From contig CM119271.1 of NCBI GenBank assembly GCA_051294375.1, forward strand, positions 10,345,427 to 10,409,426: 64,000 nt of DNA, read 5' to 3'. Made by a program: the position numbers and the translations under genes. Origin of the DNA: Paraspadella gotoi (taxonomy: Eukaryota; Animalia; Chaetognatha). How positions within the stretch are numbered: position 1 is the stretch's first letter; each line of letters begins with the position of its first letter. The notes under the pieces are model-generated. The model searched no databases and was not told the DNA's origin. It was given only the letters and a program-made list of their open reading frames with translations. Below, one piece after another: positions 14,861 through 25,848 of this stretch.

Positions 14861-16222
14861 GGAAGTTCCTTGAAAATTAGTCCTCGGGAAAATGAGGCCG
14901 TGATCGAGTCAATGTTCTCACCTCCGACCCTCACCTGTGACGCTTTCACATTCACTCCGCCTCGTCGGCCGTCAAGCGTTCTGATTGGTTGATGAAAAAA
15001 AAAGAGAAAAGTAAGGAAAAAAAGACAAGAAAAGAAAAGAAAAGAAAAGAAAATAAAAGAAAAAATCAATTAAAATTGAAATGAAATTAAATAAAACGAA
15101 AGAAGAGCAAATGTAGAATCTGAACTTTTTAGGAAAACAAAAAAGCTTACTACTTTTTCCCCTTCGGAAAAATGAAAGAGTAAATACTGTAGACGAGCAC
15201 CCAATAGGTATTAAAAAAAAAAGCCAAAAAAAAAAATCTCTTTTCTTTTAACCGAAGAAGAGAAAAGAGAGAAGTTAATCGGTTTTTCACAGCAGCCGCC
15301 AGTTCTCGCTACTGCTCTGCGGCGGAGGAAGAAGATCCTGCGTACAAAACAGCGCTCGGCTTCAGACGAGAGTTGGTTTGGAGAAAGGATCGCGGAAATG
15401 GGGATGTACGTTATGAGTTACGCGTGTACGACCGTGCGCACTGTGCACGTAACAAAATACATCGTTTACGTTTCCGCTTGAAAATTTCGAACCTTTCGAG
15501 GTCGTTGAACCGGGAGACAGAAAGTAGGGTCGAACGAGTAAGTATGATGGGGGTAAGTGCGACTAGAGGCTTACTTGAAGTGGGGAATAAAACTTTAAAA
15601 AAAACTACCGATGTAAATAAAGTTAGAAGCAAAGTTATAAAACAAACGTAATAAACTCGGAATGATGTTCAATTAACGACGGCGTGGAATTCGATTGAAA
15701 TTCGATGGGGTATGAAATTAGAAAGTCGATTGAAAACTCAGAATGACACAGAATGATATTACATCTAGAGACGGAGCGAAAAAGGGAATTGGCCGTGAAA
15801 AAAAGCTTATTACCGACAAGAGTTTCTATGTATATATTGAGTAACTTTCAAGAAGGAATATTCAAACGAGATTCACGAGGAAAACACAAACTTTTAAGGG
15901 GATTTGCTACTTTTTTTTCTTTTAAATGCGTCGAACAAAGACGTTTAAGGGGAACAAAACTGGAAAAAAAAGTAAGGGGTTTTTTTCACTTTTTTCTTGC
16001 TTTTTGTTTTTGTCGATTCTTTTCTCAAATTTTCCTACTTTTTTTTTGAAAATTCCGGCTCAGTGGAATTTCCGTATTATGACATTTTTTTTCTTCTATT
16101 TTTAGCTTTGATGAAAATATTTTTTTTTAGTTTTTGTTTTGAGCGTGTTGGAGAGAGAGAGAGAGAGAAGAGGCCCGAGGAGAGAGAGAGAAGAGGAGAG
16201 ATGCAGAGAGAGAGAGAGGAGA

Positions 16223-16302
<80 letters not shown>

Positions 16303-17236
16303 GGGAAGGAGGAAAGAGAGAAAGAGTAGAGAACCCTGATCGTGTCTACAAATATGCTCAAAGACAGAACGAAAGGTAAGACTTTATTCGAAACATTTTC
16401 GCTCAAGCCGAGACGCGGCGAGATGTTTATTTGTAAAAAATATAAAGACAGAGAGAGAGAGAGAAGAGAGAGAGAAGAGAGAGAGGAGACGAGAAGAGGA
16501 GAGAGGAGAGAGAGCGGAGAGAGAGAGAGACCAAAAGGAACTTTCAACTCTGTTTCATATCTATTTCAGCTAATACCCTTTCCTCCGCATCTTTGGTATC
16601 AAAGTGCAGAACTCGCATTTTTATTTCTCACTATCTTTTTTATCTCTACTCATTAAAAGCCGTTTTCGTGGACTGAGAGAGAGACAGAGTTTTCGTTCCG
16701 ATCTGCGATATAACTTTAATCTGCTGCGTCGACGGAAATTTCTCTTTTTCATCTTCCTTTTTTTCAACAAACTATCCGATTTAAGTTGTGCCGTGCTAAC
16801 GTCAGTTCAACTGATTCCTTGTTTTTTTCGTGTTTGTCGGTCGTCCTTTGTGTTGTTTTTGTCCTTGTAAAACCGCCGTCCGCAAACATTCAGTCTCACT
16901 CAGCTCCCAATTCCCAAACGATAATCCGCATCAATAAAATTCAAACGAAAACAAAAAACAAAATGACTTACCCGCCCCCACCCCCCACAAAACGTTTCTC
17001 CTAAAAAAAAAACACGCTGCCGTTCGAACCAGGAAACCAAATCACCGCATGAACTCTAAACCGCGAAATCTCTCTCACGCCACAAACGCCTACAGACCGC
17101 AACACAAAACGCGCCCACGACAAACACAACAAACCACACGCTTCGATAAACACCAAACCACGCGGCGCGCGCGCAACGCACACCACGCCGCCCACCACCC
17201 ACACACACACACACACGCACACGCATTTGCCGAAAA

Positions 17237-17246
17237 AAAAGGATAT
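17237..17246 (-). other. U12-type (minor spliceosome) 5' splice site, AT-AC class
   Basis: The minus strand reads AAC AA|ATATCCTTTT, a perfect RTATCCTTT consensus, in phase 2, where Cav channel genes are known to carry a minor intron. Confidence 0.8.
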
Positions 17247-17390
17247 TTGTTAGAGATGAGGCGGAGGCAGAAGAAGCGAAGCGGATGTCGTTGATGGAGA
17301 TATTTGAGGACGACGACGGGGAATTGGGGAAAAGGAATCTCGTCGACGATCCCCGACTCCACTTCCTCGAACGCCACCCCGTGGGGGATG

Positions 17391-17421
<31 letters not shown>

Positions 17422-17445
17422 ACTTGTCCAGTTCTTCTTCCTCGT
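17247..17445 (-). CDS. Internal coding exon of a T-type voltage-gated calcium channel alpha-1 subunit (Cav3), N-terminal region just before domain I S1
   Basis: Acceptor ttacccgcag| before 17445. The exon reads (D)EEEELDKYDDDDDDDDDAIPHGVAFEEVESGIVDEIPFPQFPVVVLKYLHQRHPLRFFCLRLISN(K), resembling the Cav3 pre-S1 motif [31 protein letters not shown]. It ends at the U12-type donor |ATATCCTTTT (17246). The downstream WFE.. exon was not found; it may lie in a gap or outside the window. Confidence 0.8.
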
Positions 17446-17512
17446 CTGCGGGTAAGGAGCGGGGGGGGGTAAGGCGATGGGGAAGTTTTTGAACGTAACT
17501 CGACCGATATGA

Positions 17513-17584
17513 GCTATCTTGCTCCCTGACTTTGGACACTGTCCAATGGACAGGCCTCTTACGACATAATAACATAGTGGGACC
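17513..17584 (-). mobile_element. Short dispersed repeat family, internal fragment
   Basis: Reverse complement ..gtaagag..ccaaagtcagggagcaagatagct matches 47655-47725. Confidence 0.55.
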
Positions 17585-18173
17585 CTGTTAAGACTGTGTT
17601 AAATGTTAGAAGAGGGGATACCGGATATCCCTTATGCCCTCATGCGCTGAGCTAAGAAATGATTTTAAAAGAAATAAAAATAGCAACAGGTTTTTTTTTT
17701 TAGGTTTTATTTCGACATCGTGTTCGAGAAACTAAAAAGAAATTAACCTCGATGATGTGATTCCCATGCGGTATATTTTAATAATAAATAAGGTAAGTTA
17801 AGATTAATTCAGATTAATACGGTATAATTTAATAATAAATAAGAATACGTTACACGAAGACTTCCACTAAACATTAGATTAACTACAGATGTATACATCA
17901 ACTGAATAAATAGAGTTGTTATATAGAAATAAATTATAGCTAAGTTCAAGGAGGTATAGGATCATTTTTTAATAAGAGCGAGCACCCTCTTTTACGTGCA
18001 ATAACTTATAATAACAAAATATCCTCTATTCTTGACTTTTTAGTTCCTTCCTCACTCCATTCTGTATGCTCCGCCCTCCACTTCTCAATCATCCTATCCT
18101 CTCCCGGCACTCACTCACCTCCACCCCACCTCCGCCTCAACTCCACCCACCTCCACCTACACTATTCACTCAC

Positions 18174-18667
18174 CGGACGCTGGTGGCCACTAGCCCGAGT
18201 CCTCCAGCACTACAGCATCTTTGTTACGACGCAGGGTCGCGGCGGAGACGGACACGCACTTCGTCCGACGAGGGCCTCCACGTCTCCCCGGTGTCGCCGG
18301 TCGCGCCCAAGGCTGATGACCCAGGAATGCAGGAAAGCAGGCGTCAGATGGGGCGTGGCTGATGCGCTCGAGTGGGGCGGGAGGCGGTCTCAGTCTCAGG
18401 GCCCCGAGGCTATCGTGCGTCGTTCGTCGTCGTCGTCGTCGCTCGTCGTCGTAGAATCTTGGGATCCGAGCGGGGTAGCACGGAACAGGAAGGAATGGTT
18501 GTTCTTGCCGTCGGGGCCACTCGGCGTCTTGCGAGTAGCCAGGACGTCGGTTGCTTCCGTCGTCGTAGAGCATCGTCCGTCGGTCGTCGTCGTCGTCCGT
18601 CGACGAACTAACGAACTCGTTGCGTAAGACGGGTTGGGGTGGATGTTCAGAAGCGTGAGGCGAAGGT
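18174..18667 (-). CDS. Candidate exon-like block, possibly Cav3 N-terminal, frame disrupted
   Basis: Strong acceptor ccctttttctcag| and donor G|GTGAGT. In-frame stops occur in the frames I translated, and nearby sequence looks like error-prone long-read fill. Confidence 0.3.
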
Positions 18668-19530
18668 CTGAGAAAAAGGGGGGGGAGGTGGTGTGAGGAG
18701 AGGAGGAGGAAGGAGAGGGGGAAAAGAGATAAGGAAGGCGGGAGAGAAAGAGGGAAGAACGAGTGTAAAGAAAATAGGGCGGGACGGGAATGAATTTGTT
18801 AAATAATTTAAATATAAATATAATCTTGTAATAATAGGAACTAATTTTAAATAATTTAAATATTCTCGGTTGGAATCAATGCTTTTTGAAATATCTGCGT
18901 TCTGTTTCTTGTTGTATTTATAGCGGTCGTTTTTGTTTTCGTTATTTAGGCCCCTATATACTTCTCGAAGTCAATTTTTTTTTCATACATTATAATGATA
19001 TGTCATAACTACGTATCTCCGCCGCTGGCGAACCTTAACCAGACATTCAATTTCTCGCCGCAAAAACAAATAAAAAACTTTATCAGCGTAAAAACTCGAC
19101 GGTCTCTTGAAGTGATTCGTTCAACCGTCATTGTTTGGCGACAATTATTTTTTAATTCTCGTCTTTGCCGCATTTCTGACTGAAATTAGCTTCCGTCCCT
19201 CCTCTCTACTCCTTCTCCTCCTCTCGTCCTCTCATCTCTCTCTCTATCGTCATCTCTCTCGTCTCTCTCTCTCTCTTCTCCGATGCTCCGTCATCAAGAA
19301 TTGTTAACTTGATAGACTGAAAGTTTTTTTCTCTAAATTCTTTTTGTCCTTGCTCGCAGTTCGGTCACGCGGGGAACCCTTAATGGATTCGATATGAGCC
19401 TCAGATTTCTTTTTTTCGTTGTCAGCCAGAAAAGGGAAAGAAAATTGTTCGCGTGTTTCGGCAGCAGAGAGAGAGAAGAGAGAAGAAGTAGAGAGAGAGC
19501 AGAGGAGAGAAGAGAGAAGAGAGAGAGACG

Positions 19531-19562
<32 letters not shown>

Positions 19563-20129
19563 GCAGAGAGAGGACCAAAGGCGGACGCCTGCATTGCGTC
19601 TGCAACCGCTACAAAGACGTTGATGTTGCAAATGGCGCCAACGTCGATGATGAACGGACGTCGCGACTTTTCGACATCAACTCTCGTCATTGTCATCCAG
19701 TTTATCATTCTCATTGTCATCGTAAACATCGTTTCACATTATCAAAGTCGGCTGTAACTTTTTATTAGCATCTCGACATTTTTTTTACATTCCGCCTTAC
19801 TTATTACACTTCGCTGTCGCATCGATTCCTTAGCGTCGCAGCTGGCGACTCAAGAAATTTTTGTATCACAATTTATCCGAAACTTTATTTTACATCAAAA
19901 AAAAAAATGGCGAGGCTCAACACGCGAGACAATGAAATAATCGCGCGTTATAACGATATATTTTATACACTATATTCATTACATTTTTGGAAAAAAAATT
20001 GTTTGTCAGATGCTACCTTGTAACCGCTGAATTAAATACAAAACATTGTCCTCACTATATGCTAAATTCTGAAGACATATTAATCACCGAATAACTATCT
20101 GATAAGTCGTTCGTTTAAATTTTCCAAAC

Positions 20130-20396
20130 TGAGCAAAAAAGCAAAATAAAGTAAAGCAAAGCAAACCAACGCAACGTAAAACAAAGCAAAGCAAAGTAAA
20201 GCAAGAGGAAAAAAATGATATCTAAGCTAAGCAAGCACAGCAATGCAAAGCGATACAAATTAAAGCACAGCAAAGCAAAGCAAAGAAAAACAGAGGAAAG
20301 CAATTCAAAGCAAAGCAAAGCAAAGAAAATAATCAATCGATGATTCCCTTAATCCCTCAATAAATCTATTAATCATTCACTAAACCAACCAAATCA

Positions 20397-20460
<64 letters not shown>

Positions 20461-20597
20461 CAATCCAATCCAATCCAATCCAATAAATCCAATCAATCAA
20501 ATCCAATCAATCAATCAAACAATCAAACAATCAATCAAATCCAATCAATCAATCAAATCCAATCAATCAATCCAATCAATCAATCAAACAATCAATC

Positions 20598-20629
<32 letters not shown>

Positions 20630-20648
20630 AAATCCAATCCAATCCAAA
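20130..20648. repeat. (GCAAA)n-like and (CAAT)n/(CCAAT)n microsatellites
   Basis: Directly visible tandem arrays. Confidence 0.9.
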
Positions 20649-20649
20649 C

Positions 20650-20986
20650 CTCTATAAAGCCCGAAATCCGATGCCGAGGGCCTTATGCTGGTTCCGAATC
20701 CAGGATCGAGTCTTTGTCCGTCGGAAGCCTCCCCCGCGGATTTGAGAGACAGCAAAGACTTTGACTCCGGAGACGCCAGGTGGCGTGGGCGGCTTCCGTG
20801 GCGAGCGTGGCGCGGCGCCGCCCGTAGCGGCGCCCGTGGCGGCGTCGGGGGCGGCGCGCGCGGGCGGCGTGGGTGCGACGGCGCAGTAGAAGGACGCTGT
20901 CGGATCCGCGGTGGGCGTTGGGCTCGAGTAATGAATTGATGCCGAACACGGTTCGTACTCCATGGAGCAAGATGGCCGGTCTCCAC
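20650..20986 (-). CDS. Candidate exon-like GC-rich block, possibly Cav3 N-terminal, frame disrupted
   Basis: Weak acceptor aaaaag| and donor G|gtttgg bound a GC-rich block. Keeping phase 1 at both ends needs an internal frameshift. Confidence 0.25.
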
Positions 20987-21386
20987 CTTTTTTGAGATGG
21001 TGGGGGTTGGGGGGTTTATTAAAAATGGGGGGGTGGGTGGTGGATTTGGGAGGGTAGGGAAAAATGGTGGAATGTTGATGTTAGAAAGAGTCAGCCGGTC
21101 GGGATTTTGTTTTTAAAAAAAATTTAATAACTATGGTGCTTAGTTCGACTGTTTGCTTAATCGCTTGTTTTAGTTTGTTTTTTTGTTTTTTTTTAGTATG
21201 TCTTTTTTTCTTTTATTATTTTTTTCTTTCTTTCTTTCATTTCTTTATTTAATTATTCATTATCAGCGCTTTACTATGTCTGTGATTGCTTTATTGAGTC
21301 ACTGTCATTGTCAATGTCTTTATAATAAAAAACATTATTTTTTTTTCTTTCTTTCTTTCTTTCTTTCGGACTATTTTTTTTTTTGG

Positions 21387-21435
<49 letters not shown>

Positions 21436-21745
21436 NNNNNNNNNNNNNNNNNNNNNNNNNTACGGCGGGTCAGTTCTTAGCTTTTTCTTTTCATACCTGC
21501 TTTGTCCGGTGAGAGTGAGTAGGTAAGAGGAGAAGAGGAGGAGGAAAAGAGAGGTAAGAGAGGAGGAGGGAATAAGAATGAAGAAAATAAAGAAGTTGTA
21601 TGAAGGGAGTGATAGACAAGAGGAGAGGAGATAGAGAGAGAGAGATGAGATGACGAGAAGAGAGAGAGATGGAATGGAGAGATGGAGAGGAGGAGAGTGA
21701 TAGAAGAAAGAGGGAGGAAGATGGACAGGAGAGAGAGAGAGATGA

Positions 21746-21804
<59 letters not shown>

Positions 21805-23291
21805 GCAAAGGAAAGGTCCTTAAAGAAAGAGAAAAAAGAAAGAAAAAAGAAAAAAAAAAGTAAAAAATTGAAAGAAAGAAAGAAAGAAAATGAAAGAAAG
21901 AAATGAAAAGGGAAGAAAGAAAGAAAGAAAACCCGCGACTAAGAAGAAGGCCGTAATTACCGCTAGTTGACTTCAGGGAAATCAAAAGAAGGATTTTTTC
22001 CTTTCAATTTTCTCTCTCGTTTTTTTTTTCTCCCTCCCTCCTTTCCCTGCCTTCCTTCTTTCCTTCTTTCCCTTTTCCCTTCTTTCCTTCTTCGACTCTT
22101 TCTTACTTTCTTCCCTTCTTTTTTCTTTTCTTTCCTCCCCCCTCCTTTCACTCTTTCCTTTCTTCCTTCTTTCCTCTTTTCCTCCCTTTTTTTCTTTCTT
22201 CCTCCCTCCTTTCTCTCTTCTTTCCTCCCTTTTTCCTCTCCTCTTTTCTTCCTCCATTCCTGCCCTTCATGCTCCCCCTATCCTCTTCCCTCTTACTTCT
22301 TCTCATCTCAGTTCTCAACTCTTTTCTCCTTCAACTCTGTCCCTTCATCTTTTCGCGATCTAATTTTCTTAGACTTGGTGTCTTTTCACTTCTCTATTCA
22401 TATTCCAACTTATCTTTTACACCCTCCTTTTCTTTACTTTTTCCTTTCTCTTTTTTTCCTCACTTCCCTCATTTCAAACTCTTTCCTTCTCTTTTCCTTC
22501 CTCCCTTTCCTCCTTTCCATCTCTTTCCCTTCTTCTCTCCCTTCCTCCTTTCCCTCTTTTTCCTTTCCTCCTTTCCCTCTCTTTCCTTTCCTCCTTTCCA
22601 TCTCTTTCCTTTCTTCTCCCCGTCCTCCTCTGCCTCTCTTTCCTTTCCTCCTTTCCCTCTCTTTCCTTTCCTTCCTCCTTTCTTTCCTCCTTAACTTTCC
22701 CCTCCTTTCCAATTTTCTTTATCGACATCTTTTTTACTTCGATTTTTTTTTTTTTCGTTGTTTCTCGTTTCTCTTAGTCGTCAACACAACTCGACGCCAT
22801 TTTCCATTCTTGAACCGCACGATTGCGCCACGGTTGCGCCACATAAGTAGCGCCACATTTCATTTGCGTTTGCAAGTTGCAATTCTCTACTTACGTGCGT
22901 GTAGGCGGTTTTTTATATCACGCCTGTACATCGCCATTGAAATAGCAAAGCAATGTAATTTCGCTCTCAAAATCCTTGCCGAATTTTAATATTTCTTAAA
23001 TTCACATCTGAGATATTTAACAAAAAAATTACTGTAATTTATGTGACGTAATTTTACGTACATAAGTACATATGTCGTGAAAAGTCATGAATTAGGATGA
23101 TCACATATGTACAATAGGGTGAAGTTAAAGTTTGGAATCAAAATTTAGCAGTTATATCTTGAAAACTGTCTTATTACTGAATACTAATCTGTATTTTTTT
23201 CTTTTTTTACAAATATAGTAGCCCAGTCAGCTTATTTTGTATATTTTATTACCCTTAAATAATGTCAAAATTTCAAAATCTTTTTTTTAAA

Positions 23292-23496
23292 ATTCTGTAA
23301 AAAGTTGATAAAAGAAAATATCAATCTTTTTCAAAAATTATGTCATTAAGTAGGTTAAAATTATAAAAAACTATATCTTTAAGCTGGAAATTAAAAATCG
23401 GTATCTTAAATATAGTTTTTTACATTTTTGACCAACTTAATAAAATAATTTTTAAAAAAGAATTATACTTTCTTTTAACAACTTTTTGCAAAGAAT
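23292..23496. repeat. AT-rich imperfect inverted repeat (foldback or MITE-like)
   Basis: Arm 23292-23376 approximately matches the reverse complement of 23410-23496; weaker similarity extends to about 23258-23533. Confidence 0.7.
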
Positions 23497-23950
23497 CCAA
23501 ATCCGATCTTAAAATTTAAAAATTTGCATTATAAAATTTTAGCCTATTATATATTTATTACTATATATAAATATAGGTCACTGGTGCCCACTAATGTATA
23601 AAATTAAAAAATAAATGTACCAAAGTATTTTTATTGGTTTTTATGTTCATGTTTTATATGCTAAATTTTAATTTTCTAAAATTTTATAATTTTCACATCA
23701 CTCTAATGTACAACTATGCAATATATATATTCTTTTACAATATCAGTCAGAATCATCAAATTGTAAAAACTAATTTTTCCACTCTCATTCACACAGTTTA
23801 TAACAGTATTCTGTTTTGGAAAAATTTCTAATTTTAAATTAATTCCACGCAAAGGACACCTGTCTAATAGTATATATAACATTTTATTATAATTACAACG
23901 GAATGTCCAGTAAGATTTTATGATATTGTTAAATATTCCACCCAAGGGGT

Positions 23951-24139
23951 GGTGGGCCAATCCCGGAGGTACTGCAATACCGGGCTGACCCGTGGAGGAG
24001 GCCGTGCAAGCACTGAGCGCTCCTCCGATGCTCAAAAATCAGTTTAATATTCTGGGCCCGCAGTGCGGACCGTATCAGATATTAAGCTGATAAGAACAGA
24101 TACTACACTTTGATCTTAGCCAAAAGGCCGAGAAGCGAT
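23951..24139 (-). ncRNA. RNU2: U2 spliceosomal snRNA, copy 1
   Basis: Begins ATCGCTTCTCGGCCTTTTGGCTAAGATCAAAGTGTAGTATCTGTTCTTATCAG (branch-pairing GTAGTA). Has Sm site GATTTTTGAG and stem-loop IV loop TATTGCAGTAC; about 189 nt. Confidence 0.97.
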
Positions 24140-24191
24140 AAATTGGCAGGGCAAAATTTTATTCTTTTATTTTTTATTTACTTCTTAAAGA

Positions 24192-24231
24192 GCTCGTTCA
24201 TACTTGCGTTCATAGAGCAACTTGATTAAGA
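24192..24231 (-). promoter_or_regulatory. Proximal promoter (PSE-like) elements of U2 copy 1
   Basis: Plus-strand blocks gctcgttc (-53..-60) and caacttgattaaga (-79..-92) recur at matching offsets upstream of copy 2, while surrounding sequence diverges. Confidence 0.65.
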
Positions 24232-24397
24232 ATTGCGAAAAAAAATTATCGGTTTTTCGAAAGAAAATGAGAAAATTTATAAAAAATAACAAGTAAGTTG
24301 CATAATTTGTGGGTATTTTAAAATCCTAAAACGCTCGTACTCATATTAAACTAAGAATATTTTTAAAAAGGTAATACAAAAGTTAAAAATTTTGAAT

Positions 24398-24440
24398 ATG
24401 CAAATGAGAATTCAAGCCTCAATCTCGGTTAAAACAAAAG
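24398..24440 (-). promoter_or_regulatory. Distal element (DSE-like) of U2 copy 1 with octamer
   Basis: ATGCAAAT at -259..-266, followed by agcctcaatc and aaacaaaag; all three are shared with copy 2. Confidence 0.65.
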
Positions 24441-24531
24441 TCATGCTGCTTACAACAAGCTGGCGATCAAATTCTTCAAAAAAACATCCTACCCAATAAC
24501 TCCACCGCTACCCCCACAAACCTATACTTAC

Positions 24532-24820
24532 CCTCTGGATCGGGTGGATCGAAGGCGCCCAAATATGCGGCGCCTTCCTCGCTTCCGGTTCGCGTTGAAG
24601 CGGAGGCCGAAAGCGGCGCCGGTTCGAGTCGCGCCGTCGCGCCGGTCGAGCAGGTCGATCCGGCGGCGTCGGGGCCTTCGTCTTCCGTAGGGGAAGCGAC
24701 GAACGCCCCGGCGACGACGCCCTCCGGCGGCGGCGTCGGGCGACGGCGGAGGAATGGGGCGTCCTCGCCGATCTCGTCGTCGGCCGCCGACGAGAGAGAC
24801 TCGCGACTCCGACGAAGCAT
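24532..24820 (-). CDS. Candidate first coding exon of the Cav3 gene (low-complexity N-terminus)
   Basis: ATG at 24820 opens MLRRSRESLSSAADDEIGEDAPF...DPPDPE, GC-rich, ending G|GTAAGT in phase 1. This matches the phase-1 acceptor of the 17445 exon. No family motif, so the link is inferred. Confidence 0.45.
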
Positions 24821-25807
24821 CGTCTCTTCGTCGACGAGAGTGTCGAGGGCGGGTTTGAAGGGTTCGAAGGACGGAGTAAGGTTGGGAGGTGGAGGGAAAT
24901 GGGGTGTGATTTGCGGAGCGGAACGGAAGTATATCCGGACGATCCGTTTGGGAGGGAGACGAAATAGTTTTCTCGTGAAATGAGACGAACGAAAGAAAGT
25001 TTGGTTGTCGTTGTTGTTGTAGTTGTAAAAGTCAAAGGAGATTGGGCAATTGGGCAGTCACCTCATCTACCGGATAAAGTTAAAAGCAATTTTGTTTTGT
25101 CGAAAACGCTCGTTTAATTCCAAAATTTGAGGTGTTTAATTTTTTTTTTTTTTTCGGTGACCACTCTTAAATATCGCGGTCAGTTAGGGAAAATTAGATC
25201 AGGAGAAAATAGATGACGTCATCCGGTGGCGATTTACAAGATTTTCGGTTTGAGTTCCACTGTAGATCAAAAAAAAAAAAGAAAAAAAAGAAAAAAAAGA
25301 AGGAAAGGGGAAATTTGGAATTGTTTATCTAAGCGATCACCATTCTGTATAAACAGTCCCGAATCTCCGTTACGGTTTATCTCGAGTGTTAATCTAAAGA
25401 GGGAAGAGGGCGCTGACCTTTTGTTTTAAGGGCGCCGCCATTTTACGGTTTATAGCAGGGTTAAGGTTAAAGGAATAAAATGTTATAGCAAAGGTTTCGA
25501 TAGTATTATGTATTTCATTATTAACTTGTGTTGGTTTCTATTTTTAGAAGACAACACTGGCCTCCCTTATCCCCTCAAATATTTAAAAATATATTAAAGG
25601 TAGCTTAAAATGAAAATGGTGAGAATATTAAAAGTATCAGAAAATCATCATAATAATTTAAAATATTATTTTATTTTATTTTAGTAACAACACGACGACA
25701 ATTTAATTAAATTATAGACTATATTTCTTTTAATCTTATGTATAGATTTTCGATTTTGCTGTTTTAGGATTTAGGAAAAACAGTTTTTTTGAAATGTGAC
25801 AAGTAAG

Positions 25808-25848
25808 TCGGACATGTTTCGACTCTTACAGTTTTAGAGTCTTAATCT
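25808..25848 (-). repeat. Degenerate copy of the hammerhead motif
   Basis: GACTC...GAGTC-GAAACATGTCCG is retained, but the core is mutated (TAGATTA instead of CTGATGA). Confidence 0.5.

Noticed and set aside
21491-22989. Long F/L/S/P-rich and R/E/K-rich ORFs (also 7239-7853, 16077-16656, 34208-35274, 36324-36891)
   Set aside because: These are translations of purine/pyrimidine microsatellite tracts that lack stop codons by composition.
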